64,000 nt of DNA from Lama glama (taxonomy: Eukaryota). Below the pieces are notes generated by a model. That model saw only the letters and a list, made by a program, of their open reading frames with translations. It made no database searches and was not told the origin of the DNA. Made by a program: the position numbers and the translations under genes. The DNA lies in NCBI GenBank assembly GCA_028534125.1, contig CM052817.1, positions 2,234,001 to 2,298,000 of the forward strand. The letters are read 5' to 3'. Shown in pieces: positions 12,013-23,850 of the stretch (position 1 is its first letter; every line of letters begins with the position of its first letter).

Positions 12013-12022
12013 GGAAATCCCC
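12013..12022 (-). promoter_or_regulatory. NF-kappaB consensus site
   Basis: Plus-strand GGAAATCCCC is GGGGATTTCC on the minus strand and fits GGGRNWYYCC. Confidence 0.4.
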
Positions 12023-12739
12023 TGCCTCCGTGGGCTGGGCAGGGAAAGCTGCCTCCTGCCCGGAGCAGCTAGCGGGTCCTCTGTGCAGAGCTGGGAAGAT
12101 ACCACCGGCCTCAGCTTCCTTTAAATGCACCGAGGGCCTCGAGGGAGGTGGACGGCATTTTCCTCTAATCTGCAGCTCTTTCAGCTTCACTTTTTTCACT
12201 CTTCCCTGTAATTATCCCATCGGTGGGTGAAAATAAACCCCGTTGAGGAGACAGCCTCCCAGAAGGCGGCGTTCTGTCGGAGCTGCGGGGAGGGAGGCAG
12301 GCGGTGGGGGAAGAGGCGGCCTCAGCCTTCGCCGCTTCCTCTTGCCTCCAGGGGCTCGTGGGAACTAACTGCCAGGCACCAGTTGTCCTGGTTTGCCCGG
12401 CACTGTCCCTGTTTTAGCACAGAAAGTCCCACGTCCCAGGACCCCTCCAGTCCCAGGTGAACGGGGCGGTTGGACATCCTTTGCACAAGCTCCCCAGGGT
12501 CTCTGGGCTTCCCGGGACCACTCGCCCGAGGCTGGCTCTTCCTGGGACCTCACCCAACCCTCAGCCCATGGGACGCCCTTCCCCTCCTCCGTTCACCCCA
12601 GGCCTTGGGCCTCTCCTCTGCCTCCTCCCTCAGGAAGTCCATCAGGACCCACCCCCAGTTCCAAGCTCATCTCCCCTACAGAGCTCTAGACCTGGACTTG
12701 CAGCTGACAGCCGGATAGTCAGGCTGCCAGGACAGCGAG

Positions 12740-13050
12740 TGAGACCTGCTCTCTGCCTCGGTTTCCCCTCCTGTGAAGCGGGAATCGTCATGGCACTTAC
12801 TTGGGGGTCTTGCAAGGACACAGTGAGGCATAAGTGTAAGGGGCTTAGATCCAAGGCTGCGTCCCATCGAATTATCCACAAACACCCACTGATGCTATCG
12901 GCTGGGCACCCTAAATGTCACTGACTTCCCATAGCTGCTTAACAGAATCTGCATTTCACGGACGAGCAGCCTGAGGCTCAGAGACATGAAGAGACTCACT
13001 GCAGAGACCTGGCTGGTCGGTGCCTGAGGCTGGACACGCAGCCCGGTGTG
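12740..13050. mobile_element. Two MIR fragments in opposite orientation
   Basis: CTCTCTGCCTCGGTTTCCCCTCCTGTGAAGCGGGAATC (+) and CATTTCACGGACGAGCAGCCTGAGGCTCAGAGA (-). Confidence 0.55.
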
Positions 13051-13704
13051 GACTGCAAGGGCCCCCCGCCAGATGCCCTCCTGCGGGTGGTGGTGTGGGG
13101 ACATCCTGGCTCGGCTTTTTGGGCAAATTGAAAACCTAGCACAATCTCACGTGTCAGCTGTTGGAAACAGCTCCTAACAGGGCTGGTGAAAGAAGCAGAC
13201 GGGAGGCCGTGCAGCCTGAGGGAATTTGTTTTGCCACGTCTCAGCGGAGATGTCTGTGTGGTATTTAGCTCTTGAACAAGGAACTCCGCTTTGGGGAGAA
13301 TATTCATTCTTTCCCCTTTTTCCTGACTGGACTCTGAATTGGTGAGGGCGGTGAGACCGGCTGGCCCCGAGTTGGTCATCAGCTCTGCTCCCGGAGGGGG
13401 AGCCCCCCGCAGAGCGGTCCCACCTCTTCCCCTGCTCTGTGGGCGGCCCCGCCCCCACCCCAGCCAGGCTTCCTCCTGGTATCTTTGTAGGAAGAGTTTT
13501 TAAGGTTAACGGGCTTCTCAGCTGGGGGAGGTCTGCCCCCCCCACCTTGACTGTGAGTAGCTGCCTCCCCGCTGGCCAGTGCCTCCCTTTGGTCACGTCC
13601 GGCTGGAGGCCTGAGGCAGGGAGCCCCTGGCTCAGGGACAGGCCGGGGAAGGCTGGGCGGGAGTATTAACCCGTCCGCCACCTCACTCGCAGCCTCGCTC
13701 GTGG

Positions 13705-14290
13705 CCAGCCTCACTATTCGTGGATTCTGTATTTGTGAGCTCACCTACTCGCTGAAGTGCATTTGAAACCCCCAAACCAATACCTGTGGTTCTTTAGGGG
13801 TCACTGGCGGACGATGCAGTGTGGCCTGGCGGACACAGCCCTGGCTGACGGGGACCGGGCACGCCGTCCTCTGTGGCAGCTCGTGCTGTGAACAAGCATC
13901 CTCCTCGCGGTCTGCTTAGTGCCGTGCTTTTTGCCTTTCTGTGATTTGGTTGGTGGTTTCGCAGCTGAAGATGTCCCTGAGGTCGTGCGACGAAGGGATG
14001 TTCTGAGTGTGAGAGGTGGGCTGTGTGGCCAGGAGCCGCGAGTGGAGGTGAACTCCATTCTCGCTGAGTTACGGCAGCGCGGGACCCGAGCCCGGGGCGC
14101 TGCATCAGCGTGTATCTGCAGTAAGCCGTCTCTGAGCAGAAACACGCACAAAACAAGGTTCCTTGCTGACGGGCTGATGAAAATGTTGTGACCAGAAGCT
14201 GGCAGGACCCTCTCCTGCACGCCCCCAGGAGCAGTGGTTCGGTGTTGGTGGTGACTTTATGGAAGTCCCACTAACCGAGAGAACCGGGGC
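13705..14290 (+). mobile_element. MER82 TcMar-Tigger DNA transposon
   Basis: CCTCACTATTCGTGGATTCTGTATTTGTGAGCTCACCTACTCGCT, CAGAAACACGCACAAAACAAGGTT and GAAAATGTTGTGACCAGAAGCT match the recalled MER82 consensus. Confidence 0.8.
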
Positions 14291-16249
14291 ACCTGCCTCT
14301 CACCGGGAACTGGGACGCTGGGAGCAGGCCTCGCCCTCCGCCGGCCCGCCACCCTCCGGGCCCTCCCCCATCGCACACACCCAAGCCCCTGTCCTCTCGC
14401 CCCAGCTTCCATCTTCCTCATCCCACCCTGACAAACTGTGGGTGTTTTGTCTTAAAACCCCCTTATTCCGAGCAATTCCACCCCAGGTACAAAGCCCGAA
14501 GAACCGAAGACACGTGTTCCCCAAAGTTCGGGTGGAGGAGCCCCGAGGCCGGCGGGGGCCGCGTGGCCAGGAGGAGAAGCAGGTGCACGCCCGAGGGAGG
14601 GGCGCTCTGGTCCAGCTGCGGCTACTCCGTGAGAGTGGGTTGGGATAGCCAGGCCAGTGGACTTGTCTCCTGATGGGCTCCAGACCTTTGGTGGCAGGGA
14701 AGGCCCTTTGATGGTGGGGGCTTAGCCAGTTCGGAGAGGCCTCCGGACGCCTGGCTCCACCTCCCAGATCGGTGTCCATTGCTGAGGCTTCCTCGAACGC
14801 ACGGACGCTGCTGTCCAGGGCCGCCTGCTGTGTTGGAGGGTGAGGGGGTGGATATTCGCTTCCTGGCCTGCCCGGCTCAGCCAGAGCCCCCGAGCTGCCC
14901 AGTCCTCGTAGAGAGACAGCAGGTGACCCCGGGCTGCGATGCCTGAGCCCTTCCCTGGGGCCGGGCCACCAGGACCTGCCATCCCACAGGCCCCGGACCG
15001 GAGCCAGGCCCCGCAGTTACGACCAGGAAGAGAGAGAATACTTTGGAAAACAATTTTCTTGTCTTTATTTTTTTTCCCAAAGAAGTTGAGGAGACATGTG
15101 GTTTGCAAGCCTGCTGGCCTAGCAGGAGGCGCAAGCCGAGCCGCCCGGTGACCGCGAGAGGCCTGAGCTGGGATGGTGAACGCCGGCCAGCAGGCTCCGG
15201 CCTGTTCCTAGGGGCACACGGGCCACCGCCGGAGCTGCCCCGGGGAGGGCTGTGTGGGGAGACGGGGGCACCACCTTGGGGCTGTGGAGCAGAGACCTGT
15301 GCCCGTCCCGAGGAGCGTGCCGCTGGGTCTCGGCCTCACGTCCGCCCCTCTCCCAGTGCAGCCCTCCCGAGCTCTCCGGGTCCCACCACCCCTCAGGGGC
15401 TCGGTCCTGCCTACCTGCGACGGGGTGGACGTGGTCCAAGGACCAGGGCATCAGTGGGAGGGAGGGTGTGACAGACTCCAGCCTGGGTGGTGCCCTTGTC
15501 TCTGCACGAGGACATGCCCCCCAGGACTCCTGGGGACCTGGCGCCCATCCTTCCTGCCTTCATTTCTGGAAGCACCCTGCGCTTCTCCTGAACGTGGCTC
15601 ATCCCGGGGACGAGGGCTGTGGGCGGCCTCTGTGTTAGGTGCGGTCTCCTGTCCCTGCCTCTCCTCCCCCTTCTGTCTCTTTTCCAGCCCCTCCTCCATC
15701 CACCCCTTATCCAGGGCCGTCAGCTGTGTGTCCCCAGGGCTCTGGTCTTGCTGCACCCCCTCCCCGGATACGCTGGGGACATACCTCTCCATCCTCAGCA
15801 CTGACCACGGCCTGGAGCCTCAGACCCAAGTGTCCGCCTGCCTCCTGGACATTTCCCAGAGGCTCAGCCCCGGCCCCAGACCTGCCCCTTCCTCACTCTT
15901 TCTCACTCGTCATGCAGCGGGGGTGTCCAGAGGCTCCGGGACCCAAACTCGAGGGCCTTCTGTGGTGTGGTTCTGGAAGAGGACAGGAGGGTGAGGGGCA
16001 GAGACCAGGGCAGAGGAAGGTTGGTGGAGGGCTACTCGGGTTACTCTGGGTTGGAGAGCCGAGGCCGGGAGCGAAGCTGTGGGTGGGGAGGAGAGGGCCA
16101 GGTCCACGTGGCCGCGGGCCTGCCCGGGGCTGCCCCTGCGCGCACCCGGGCCTGTGTGCAGCGGGCGGCTCCCAGGCGTGCGCTGTGATGAGCGTCTGCC
16201 TGAGCCAAGATCTGTCGAGCCGAGAAGAGGGCGGAACCGGGGCACTCAC

Positions 16250-16430
16250 CCCGCAGGCAGTGCTGCTACTGCTACTGCTACTTTCAAGAGCCTGTGAATC
16301 TGGACGCTGGGCCCTGGGCCCCTGCCCCAGCCCGGGGCCCTCCCTGCCAGGCCCCACACGCTCCCCTCCGCCGTCCAGCTGCTCTGCGTCGACCCGGCTG
16401 AGTGTGGCCGCTGCCAGGACCAGATGGGCC
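16250..16430 (-). other. Candidate first exon of a minus-strand gene (5' boundary uncertain)
   Basis: Donor GGG|GTGAGT (intron starts at 16249), CpG-rich context, a short AGTAGC repeat, and a motif cluster immediately upstream. Confidence 0.4.
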
Positions 16431-16449
16431 CCTGGGACAAGTCTCCCCT

Positions 16450-16501
16450 CCTGGAATTTCCCGGAGGTGTTCCCTACTTCACAATGGGAACTGTGACGTC
16501 T
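16450..16501 (-). promoter_or_regulatory. Candidate promoter-proximal module: kappaB, STAT-like and CRE-like motifs
   Basis: GGAATTTCCC at 16453-16462 (GGGAAATTCC on minus), overlapping TTCCCGGAG at 16458-16466, and TGACGTC at 16494-16500. Confidence 0.4.
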
Positions 16502-17149
16502 GGATGTCTGTACTGTCCAGGGGCCATGGACCAACCCACACTAGAGGGACTGAGCGCTACGGGGCTCCTCCCTGGAGAGACACCCTGCCAGCCCCTCCTG
16601 GGCACAGCACCACCTCCACCTGTACTCCGAGGGCCCTGGAGCGGGGGCCCAGCCCTCAGTTCTCCCTTGTCACCTTCTCCCTGCCTCCTTTCACGGAGAC
16701 TCGGCTCAGGGTGCTGTGGGCGCCACCTGGAGCCTCTGAGCCAGGGTCTCAAGCCCAGGCCAGGATGGAGCTTCCAGTGGTTTCTATGTGCTTGGCTTGG
16801 GGCAAAGAGGTGGGAGCCATGGCCCTGACATGGTGGAGGGACAGCACCACGTGGAGAGCCTCCGCTGGGCTGGTGGCAGCCCTCTGGCTGGACTGTGGGC
16901 CCCTCAGCCCCTTCTTGGGCCCATGTCTCAAGTGATTGCTTGGAAAGCCACACGTCCTCACTCCATGCTTATTGACGCGTGGTGCTCAGAATGTTCAAGC
17001 ATCCACCCAGTTTTGATGCTGCAACCTCTTCCCTCAGGCTTTTGCCAGCTCTTTTTTTAAAAAAAAAAAAGCTTGTGTAAGTTATGATCTCTCCCCCTCC
17101 ATCTGCCATCTATAACCCACAGGCCATTCTGTCCACTTACTCACCCTTC

Positions 17150-17650
17150 CTTCTGTCCGTCCATCCGTCCATCCGTCCATCCATCCATCCATCCTACCAT
17201 CACTGCCTCTCATCCAATTATTCACCTGTCCATCCACTTATCCACCCACCCATCCACCCATACACCCATCCACCCATCCACCCATCCACCCACCCATCCA
17301 CCCATCCATCCATCCACCCACCCATCCACCCACCCACCCACTCACCCACCCATCCATCCATCCAACCATCCACCCACCCACCCACCCATCCATCCATCCA
17401 CCCATCCATCCATCCACCCAACCATCCACCCATCCATCCATCCATCCCCCCATCCACCCACCCATCCACCCATCCATCCATCCACCCATCCACCCATCCA
17501 TCCATCCACCCATCCATCCACCCATCCACCCACCCATCCACCCACCCATCCATCCACCCATCCACCCACCCACCCATCCACCCATCCATCCATCCATCCA
17601 TCCATCCACCCCACCCTCCACCCATCCAGCCACCCACCCACCACACCCCA
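17150..17650. repeat. (CCAT/CCAC)n tetranucleotide microsatellite
   Basis: Directly visible array; continues briefly after the gap (17824-17852). Confidence 0.95.
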
Positions 17651-17723
17651 TTCACTTGCTCCCGTATGATCCACCGTCCAGCTACTCAGCTGCAGTCCTG
17701 TCTCCCAGCCTTCCACTAACACA

Positions 17724-17823
17724 NNNNNNNNNNNNNNNNNNNNNNNNNNNNNNNNNNNNNNNNNNNNNNNNNNNNNNNNNNNNNNNNNNNNNNNNNNNNN
17801 NNNNNNNNNNNNNNNNNNNNNNN
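17724..17823. other. Assembly gap (100 N)
   Basis: Run of exactly 100 N. Confidence 0.99.
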
Positions 17824-18994
17824 TCCACCCATCCATCCATCCATCCATCCATCTGTGCCACCCTCTGCCCATCCAGTTACCCACCATCTACGATGCATTC
17901 ACTTGTTTGTGTATGATTCACCGTCCAGCTACTCAGCTGCAGTCCTGTCTCCCAGCCTTCCACTAACACATTCACAAAGCTACCACCCATCCCACCCATC
18001 TGTCCGTCCTCTCACCTGTCTACCCATCTGCCTGCTCGTCACCAGTCCACCCACCATCCATCCACGTGGAACACCTGCCTGCCCCGTCCCAGCCCTGTGT
18101 AGGGCCCGGGTGCTCACACATGTTTGCAGGCTGCCCATATTTACACGTCAGGTCAAGGGTCAGAACTGCTCACTGCATCATGTGCTTTGAGGATCCCGAT
18201 CAATATCCAGCTGGCTACCGAGTAGCCTTATCTGTGTGTAAACAAGGTGATATTCCCAGAGAATTATGGGCTTGAAGAGTTTCCCTGATGGCATCAGCTC
18301 CTGGCGGTGGGGGCGGACATGGCAGCCACTGGACTATAGACTGGAAATGAAACTTGTCATGGAGGCAGCCCAGAGTGGGCTGTTTTGGCACACACACAAG
18401 CTCTTGCCACTCAGTCTCCGGGTTTCCTTCTGTGACATTTATTCAGCAAGGGTGTCGAGGCCCTGCCTGCCCCTGCACTGGGATGGGGGCGATGATGCAG
18501 TAGGAACAATGCGGTCATGACCGTGGCCATCATCTGCTGTGTGGGGGGAGGGGTACTCTACTCCCGACCAGTTGACCACACTGCGGTCTCGAAAGCCAGG
18601 CTGCACCCAACAACGCTGCTCTGTGCTAAGAGGGACCCAGACGAGTGTGTGAAGGAGGGTCCTCTCCCCCAGGACCCGGGGCAGGGGGTGGAGCCTCCTG
18701 GCAGGTGGGAGAGAATCCGGCACATCACCCAGGAGCAGCTGGAGTCACGTTCCAAGGCCTGGAGGAGGCGGAGCCTCGCCCCGATGCTGCTGACGTGCGC
18801 CTCCAAGGGAAGGAGGCCCAGATGCCTCCCTGGCCGGCCGGCCGGCCGGCCATCTCGACCTGAATTTCTAGTCAGCCAAGTCCCCCACCCAGGGTTTGCA
18901 TAATTATTACTTCCTAACCTAATTACAGAGCTCCATGCTGACTGCCCAGGGTCCTTGCGGGCTGCCTGCAGCCCCTCCTTCCTGTGAGTACAGG

Positions 18995-19190
18995 AGACAA
19001 AGAGTGTTGCTTGGAAGTCAGGCTGACCTGCCTTAAATCTTCTCTCTGCCGCTTCCAAGCGGGGTGACCTTGGGCGTGTGGCTTACCCTTTCTGAGCCTC
19101 GTTTCATGGACTCTAGAACGGGGATTGTAACAGCAGCTGCCCCACAGGGCGTCGCAGATCGTGTGCGGGCAAGCGTGCGTTTAGTGCCCC
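18995..19190 (+). mobile_element. MIR SINE
   Basis: GGGGTGACCTTGGGCGTGTGGCTTACCCTTTCTGAGCCTCGTTTC core. Confidence 0.65.
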
Positions 19191-20059
19191 ACCAGCATCC
19201 CGGCGTGGAGGAGGGCGTCTCTGGGGCCCCGGCCCTTCCCCCTCCCTCCCACTTCCCTGCCGCATCTTCTGGTGGAAGCACACAGGACCGGCTCGCCCAG
19301 AACACCGGCAGGTTGGCAAGGGCTTGGACTCTCACGTATTTGAACGGAAGTCTTAAATCAAGGCTAACACAATTAGGATGCTCCTGCAGAGGAGTTTTGA
19401 GAAGTCAGCTTGGCAGCCGAACAGGCGAAGAGAGTGCGCCACCCACCCAGGGACCTGCTTCACCACAGGGAACAAGGTGGCGACCCGATGATCTGCCTTC
19501 TTATTTACAGAGCAGACCTCCGCCTGGGCAGCCCCAGACGGCATGGCTGCGGCGCACCAGGAGGGTGGGGTGCTGGGGGCAGGGGGAGACCCTGGCCCCC
19601 GCAGGCTCCCAGTGGGGATGAGTGGAGGGTCGGGAGCCATGGACTGCAGGGCTCGGATGCAGCGTCACCCCCATCCCCCCCCCGCCCCGGTCCCAAGTCA
19701 GGGTGGAAACTGCATGGCGGGGCTGCCTTTGGACCAGTCCTGCAGCCCAGCCACTTCAGGCCCCGACGAGCCAGGACACTGTGGGGCCTCACTCTGGCCC
19801 CTGGCCCATCAGCCATGAGCTTGCTTTCTGCCTCTCCCATGGGAGTGTCTGTTGGACCCTGACAGCCTTGCTCCGAGAAGGCGACCCCCTCGACGGTGGC
19901 CCCCTTGACAGCCTCGTCACTGAATGGGCTGCTCTGCTCTGTGTCTCCTGCCAGCTTTGACGGGTCCCCCACCTGGCCCCTGGGGTCTGCACAGGACACG
20001 CTCAAGGTCAACGCACCGAGCAGGGTTCCAAATCCTTCATGACAACAACAGCTGACTTT

Positions 20060-20230
20060 CCCAGGGGGCCCACCACATGCTTCCCCATGAACGGGACGCT
20101 TGTCCAGAAGTTTCTGTGTATTTTAGCTCACTCACTCCTCAGGAGAGCCGCACTGGTGGGATCACGATGACCCCCATTTTACAGATGAGGACTGGAGCCT
20201 GGAGTCCGAGGTCCCTGTGGTCATGGGGCA
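20060..20230 (-). mobile_element. MIR SINE
   Basis: CCCCATTTTACAGATGAGGACTGGAG antisense core. Confidence 0.65.
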
Positions 20231-20539
20231 GGACGGGAGCCCCGGGGGTCCCCAAGCCAGAAGGACAACGCCTCCCGCGGCCTCGCGGTGTGGTCCACCG
20301 CCAGCCAGGCTGGCGCGGGCAGGGAGGAGGGGGAGGCCCCTGCTCTCCTAGCCCCTCTCTGCGTCCAGGGTAAGCCGCCCGATCCTGCTGGTCCGCACCG
20401 CCTGGTGACGTGGGTCTCAGCCCCATTTCCTCCACCATTCCTCGCCCTTTATCTAGAGACGAGATCCACTTAGCACACTGTGGGACCCCTGGGTTCTCCT
20501 TCTGGGGTCCGAGGTCTCTCCTCTCTGTGATCGCTCATG

Positions 20540-20958
20540 CTGCGCGGGTTGAATGGGGGACCCCAAAGACGGGTCTATATCCTGACCCCTGGAACCTCAG
20601 AATGTGATCTTATTTGAAAAAAGCATCCTTGCTGAGATGTAATTAGTTAAGGAGCTCGAGCTGAGATTGCCCCGGATCACCGGGGTGCCCCTACATCCAA
20701 CAACAACTGTCCTTACAAGAGACACACAGAGGAGGCAGAGAGGGAGGAGGCCACGTGAAGACGGAGCGGAGGCTGGGGCGGTGCGACCACTCACCCACGA
20801 ACACCTGGAGCCCCCAGGAGCTGCAGGAGGCAGGGAGGACCCTCCCTTAGGGCTTCTGACACCTTCACTGGGGACTCTGGAGCCAGAAGTGTGAGAAGAC
20901 AAATGTCCGTTGTCATAAGCCCCCCAGTCTGTGGTAGTCTGCTAGCAGCTTGGAGACA
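20540..20958 (+). mobile_element. MaLR solo LTR (MLT1C-like)
   Basis: GGGTTGAAT...CCTGGAACCTCAGAATGTGATCTTATTTG, GTAATTAGTTAAG and TAAGCCCCCCAGTCTGTGGTAGTCTGCTAGCAGC. Confidence 0.8.
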
Positions 20959-23669
20959 CTCATCCCCCGCCCCGGGCTCTGCCGCACACACTGTGCAGGC
21001 CAGAGAAGCAGGGCCACCCTCCCAAGGGCGCCGGGGCCTCACGTGGCTGGGCCTCCCCGGTGCCCCAGGACGCCCCGAGGCGGGGTTGGGACAGTGCGTG
21101 GGGACAGCCTTGCCCACGTCTCAGCTCTTGAGCACCCCCCGTCTCCAGGCTGACACCCCTCCAGTGCCAGGCAGCCCCTCACCACCCGATGCAGCCCCCC
21201 ACCTCAGATCACAGGGGCTGGCTTCCTGGGTGGCTGCTGAGAGGCTGAGAGGTGCAATCAGACAGCGCAGGGGTCAGCGCCCAGTGGGGAGGGGTTGGGA
21301 GGCAGAGGAGGGTGGGCAGCTCCCCCTCCGTGGATGATCCCGCGTGACAGTCCTCCGTGCAGCCCATGCTGAGACGCCCCATCCCCCGCGCTGACCGAGC
21401 GCGTCTGCAGCCTCCCTCTGCTCGCTGTCGGGGGGCGGCCAGCGCAGGGGCACATCAGCCACGAATATCTTTCCTTGTCTCGCTTCCCCGTCCCCCTCCC
21501 TTGCCGTCCTGGCCTTGTACCTCTCGTGGGAAGTGGCAGCAACTTAACCCTTGCCTCAGGCTCTGCTTTCTCAAGGACCTGGCTGAGACAGGCAGCCTCT
21601 GCATGCCAATGGTGCCCCGGTGTGTTTCCTCACTCAGCACAAGCCTCGTTGTCTTTCTACCGAAACTTGGTCCTTGAGTGATCCATAGCAGCAGAGAAGC
21701 AGGCCTGAAGCAGCCTTTTCTCGCTCTCTTTTTTTCTCAATGGTTAATAGGTTTAAATCGAAGTGCAAAAAATAGAAGCTATGGTAACATAAGAAAAATC
21801 CCCAAGTGAACGGAGAGCTGCAGTCCTCCACGCTTAGCAGCGCCTGGCAAAGAGCTGGTGTCCGGGAAGCCTGTCTTGGGTGAGGAAGAGATGACCAGTA
21901 GTGAGCAAGGCTCCAGCCAGGAACCCCTTCACTTCTCGTGATGGTCTGGGTGTTCTGAGAAGGAGCCAGAAGGGCCAGAGACTTACTGGGTGATGCTTGT
22001 GGAAGACCAGGGGGCAAGGGGCACCGAGAGCCTTCGGACGGCGATACCTGTCTGGGACCTGTGAAGGGGGAGAGGATGGGGCGGGCGTCCAGGGCTGTGG
22101 GGCAGCTCCAGGAGGCCCTCAGCTCTCAGAGGAGCGTGCACGGGTCAGAGATGGTGAGCCCTGTTCCCAGCCACTCCTGGCCACTGCCCGGGCCTCTGGG
22201 GCTGTGTGTGGCCTTGGCTGAGAAATGGAGCGAATCCTGCAGGCACTGTAGCTGCTGCCTCTGTGCAGGGTAAATTTTGATACACCTGCTCTCCATGAAA
22301 GTGTCCTGCATTGTAAATGTTAGTTTAGATGTCTTTTTTCACCCCTAGACAAGGGCACCAGGTTGGCGCCCCTTCATACCTGCATCTCTAGGAGCCGAGG
22401 ACCAGTGATGCTGGATGCAGGCGTGGACGGGGAGGCAGATCTGAGTGCCCCCTCCATCACTGCCCGTGAATGGGGACCAACTCCGGGCCCAGCCTGAGGG
22501 CCACCCACAGATGTCAGACTGCTCCCCAGTCGAGAGCAGGCACTAGAGGGGACAGAAAGCCAGTTCAGGGACCAGGGCCATGACGCCAGGAAGCACAGGC
22601 CGAGGAGGAAGCCCGTCCAGACTCTGGGACCTTCAGTGCCCCCAGAGGGCTCTGTCACCCTGACCCTCCCCCAGTGAGCCTGCCCGCCCCTTCCCTCGCC
22701 TCAGCTCCTGCCCCGCCCCTGGGGAATCTGAGCTCATGGGAGGCTCGTGTTTCCATGGTCACCAACCTCTCCTCTCGCCAGGATCTGCTTATTCCTTATC
22801 CAGCACACAGTGGGGTGGGCTGGCGGGAGCCTAAGTTGCCTGCCACGCTAAGGCAGGGGGCAGAGGTCATGTGTGCCTGGGTCCCCCTTCCAGCTGAGCG
22901 CTCACTGGCAAATATGAGCAGGAGATAGAGGGAAGTTTCCAGTCTTCCTCGTTGGTGGGACTTCAGGCTGGACTTGGCAGCTGAGACGTGGGGTGAATGG
23001 CGTCCTGCTGACTGATTCACGTGAGGACAATGTAGGCTGTGCCAAGCCCAGGTTTACTCCTGGGGACCCGGGGCTTGGAGAGGGCCGGGTGGGGTCCCAC
23101 GTGGGGTCTGCCTGGCCCGCCCGCCCCAGTGCCGGCTCCTCAGCCGTGGCCCCCCGGGGGTGGCCAGGGAAGCTTCCAGATCTTCCCAGCACCCCAGTCT
23201 GTGTGGCTTTCCTCTGCATCCCCGGGTGGCCCGTCAGGGTCCCCAGGAGGGTGGTCCTGTCTCAGCTGCGGCGAGTTCTTCTGCCTCTTCGCTCTTCCCA
23301 AATTCTCCTCCAACAGCCCTGCCACGTGTCTGACAGGGAGCCTGCTTCAGAGCGATTTGACATTTTGAGAGAAGAATTAATAAAATGAATGTTGGCGAAG
23401 CACTTGGCCGTGGAATTCATCGCTGTCTTCTCACAAGTGCAGTCGTGCGGCACGCGCAGAGTTTAATTGGCCCGCCGGGTGCAGGCTGTGGGGCCCCTGG
23501 GAGACCCAGGCTCTCCCCTGGAGCCGGACACGGGCACGTGCCCCTCGAGGCTGGGCAACGCTTGTTACAGTGAGGAAGGGACAGAGACACTAGCCAGCAA
23601 AGGAACCCATCTGCTGTTCTTGGTGATAAATCGACTTATCAGATCACTGTTTGCTCCCTCCTTACCTCC

Positions 23670-23850
23670 TCAGGTCACCTCCATGGGACAGGGACCTGTC
23701 AGGCCAGCTCGTTCCCAGTTCCCCAGAACCTGGACAGGGTCTGGCCCACAGCAGAAGCTCAAGATGTGTTTAGTAAATGGATAGATGGGTGGATAATGGG
23801 TGGGTGGTGGGTGGATGATGGAGGGATGGGTGGATGGGTTGATGGATGAG
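23670..23850 (+). mobile_element. L2 3' end followed by (GGAT/GGGT)n
   Basis: CTCCATGGGACAGGGACCTGTC...CTGGCCCACAGCAGAAGCTCAAGATGTGTTTAGTAAATGGAT. Confidence 0.6.

Noticed and set aside
15254..16534. Overlapping 213-285 aa ORFs on both strands
   Set aside because: The Pro/Gly/Arg/Ser-rich composition is what stop-poor GC-rich DNA produces; no domain recognised.
17084..17916. PSIH- and WMDG-repeat ORFs of up to 211 aa
   Set aside because: They come from the (CCAT)n microsatellite and the N gap.
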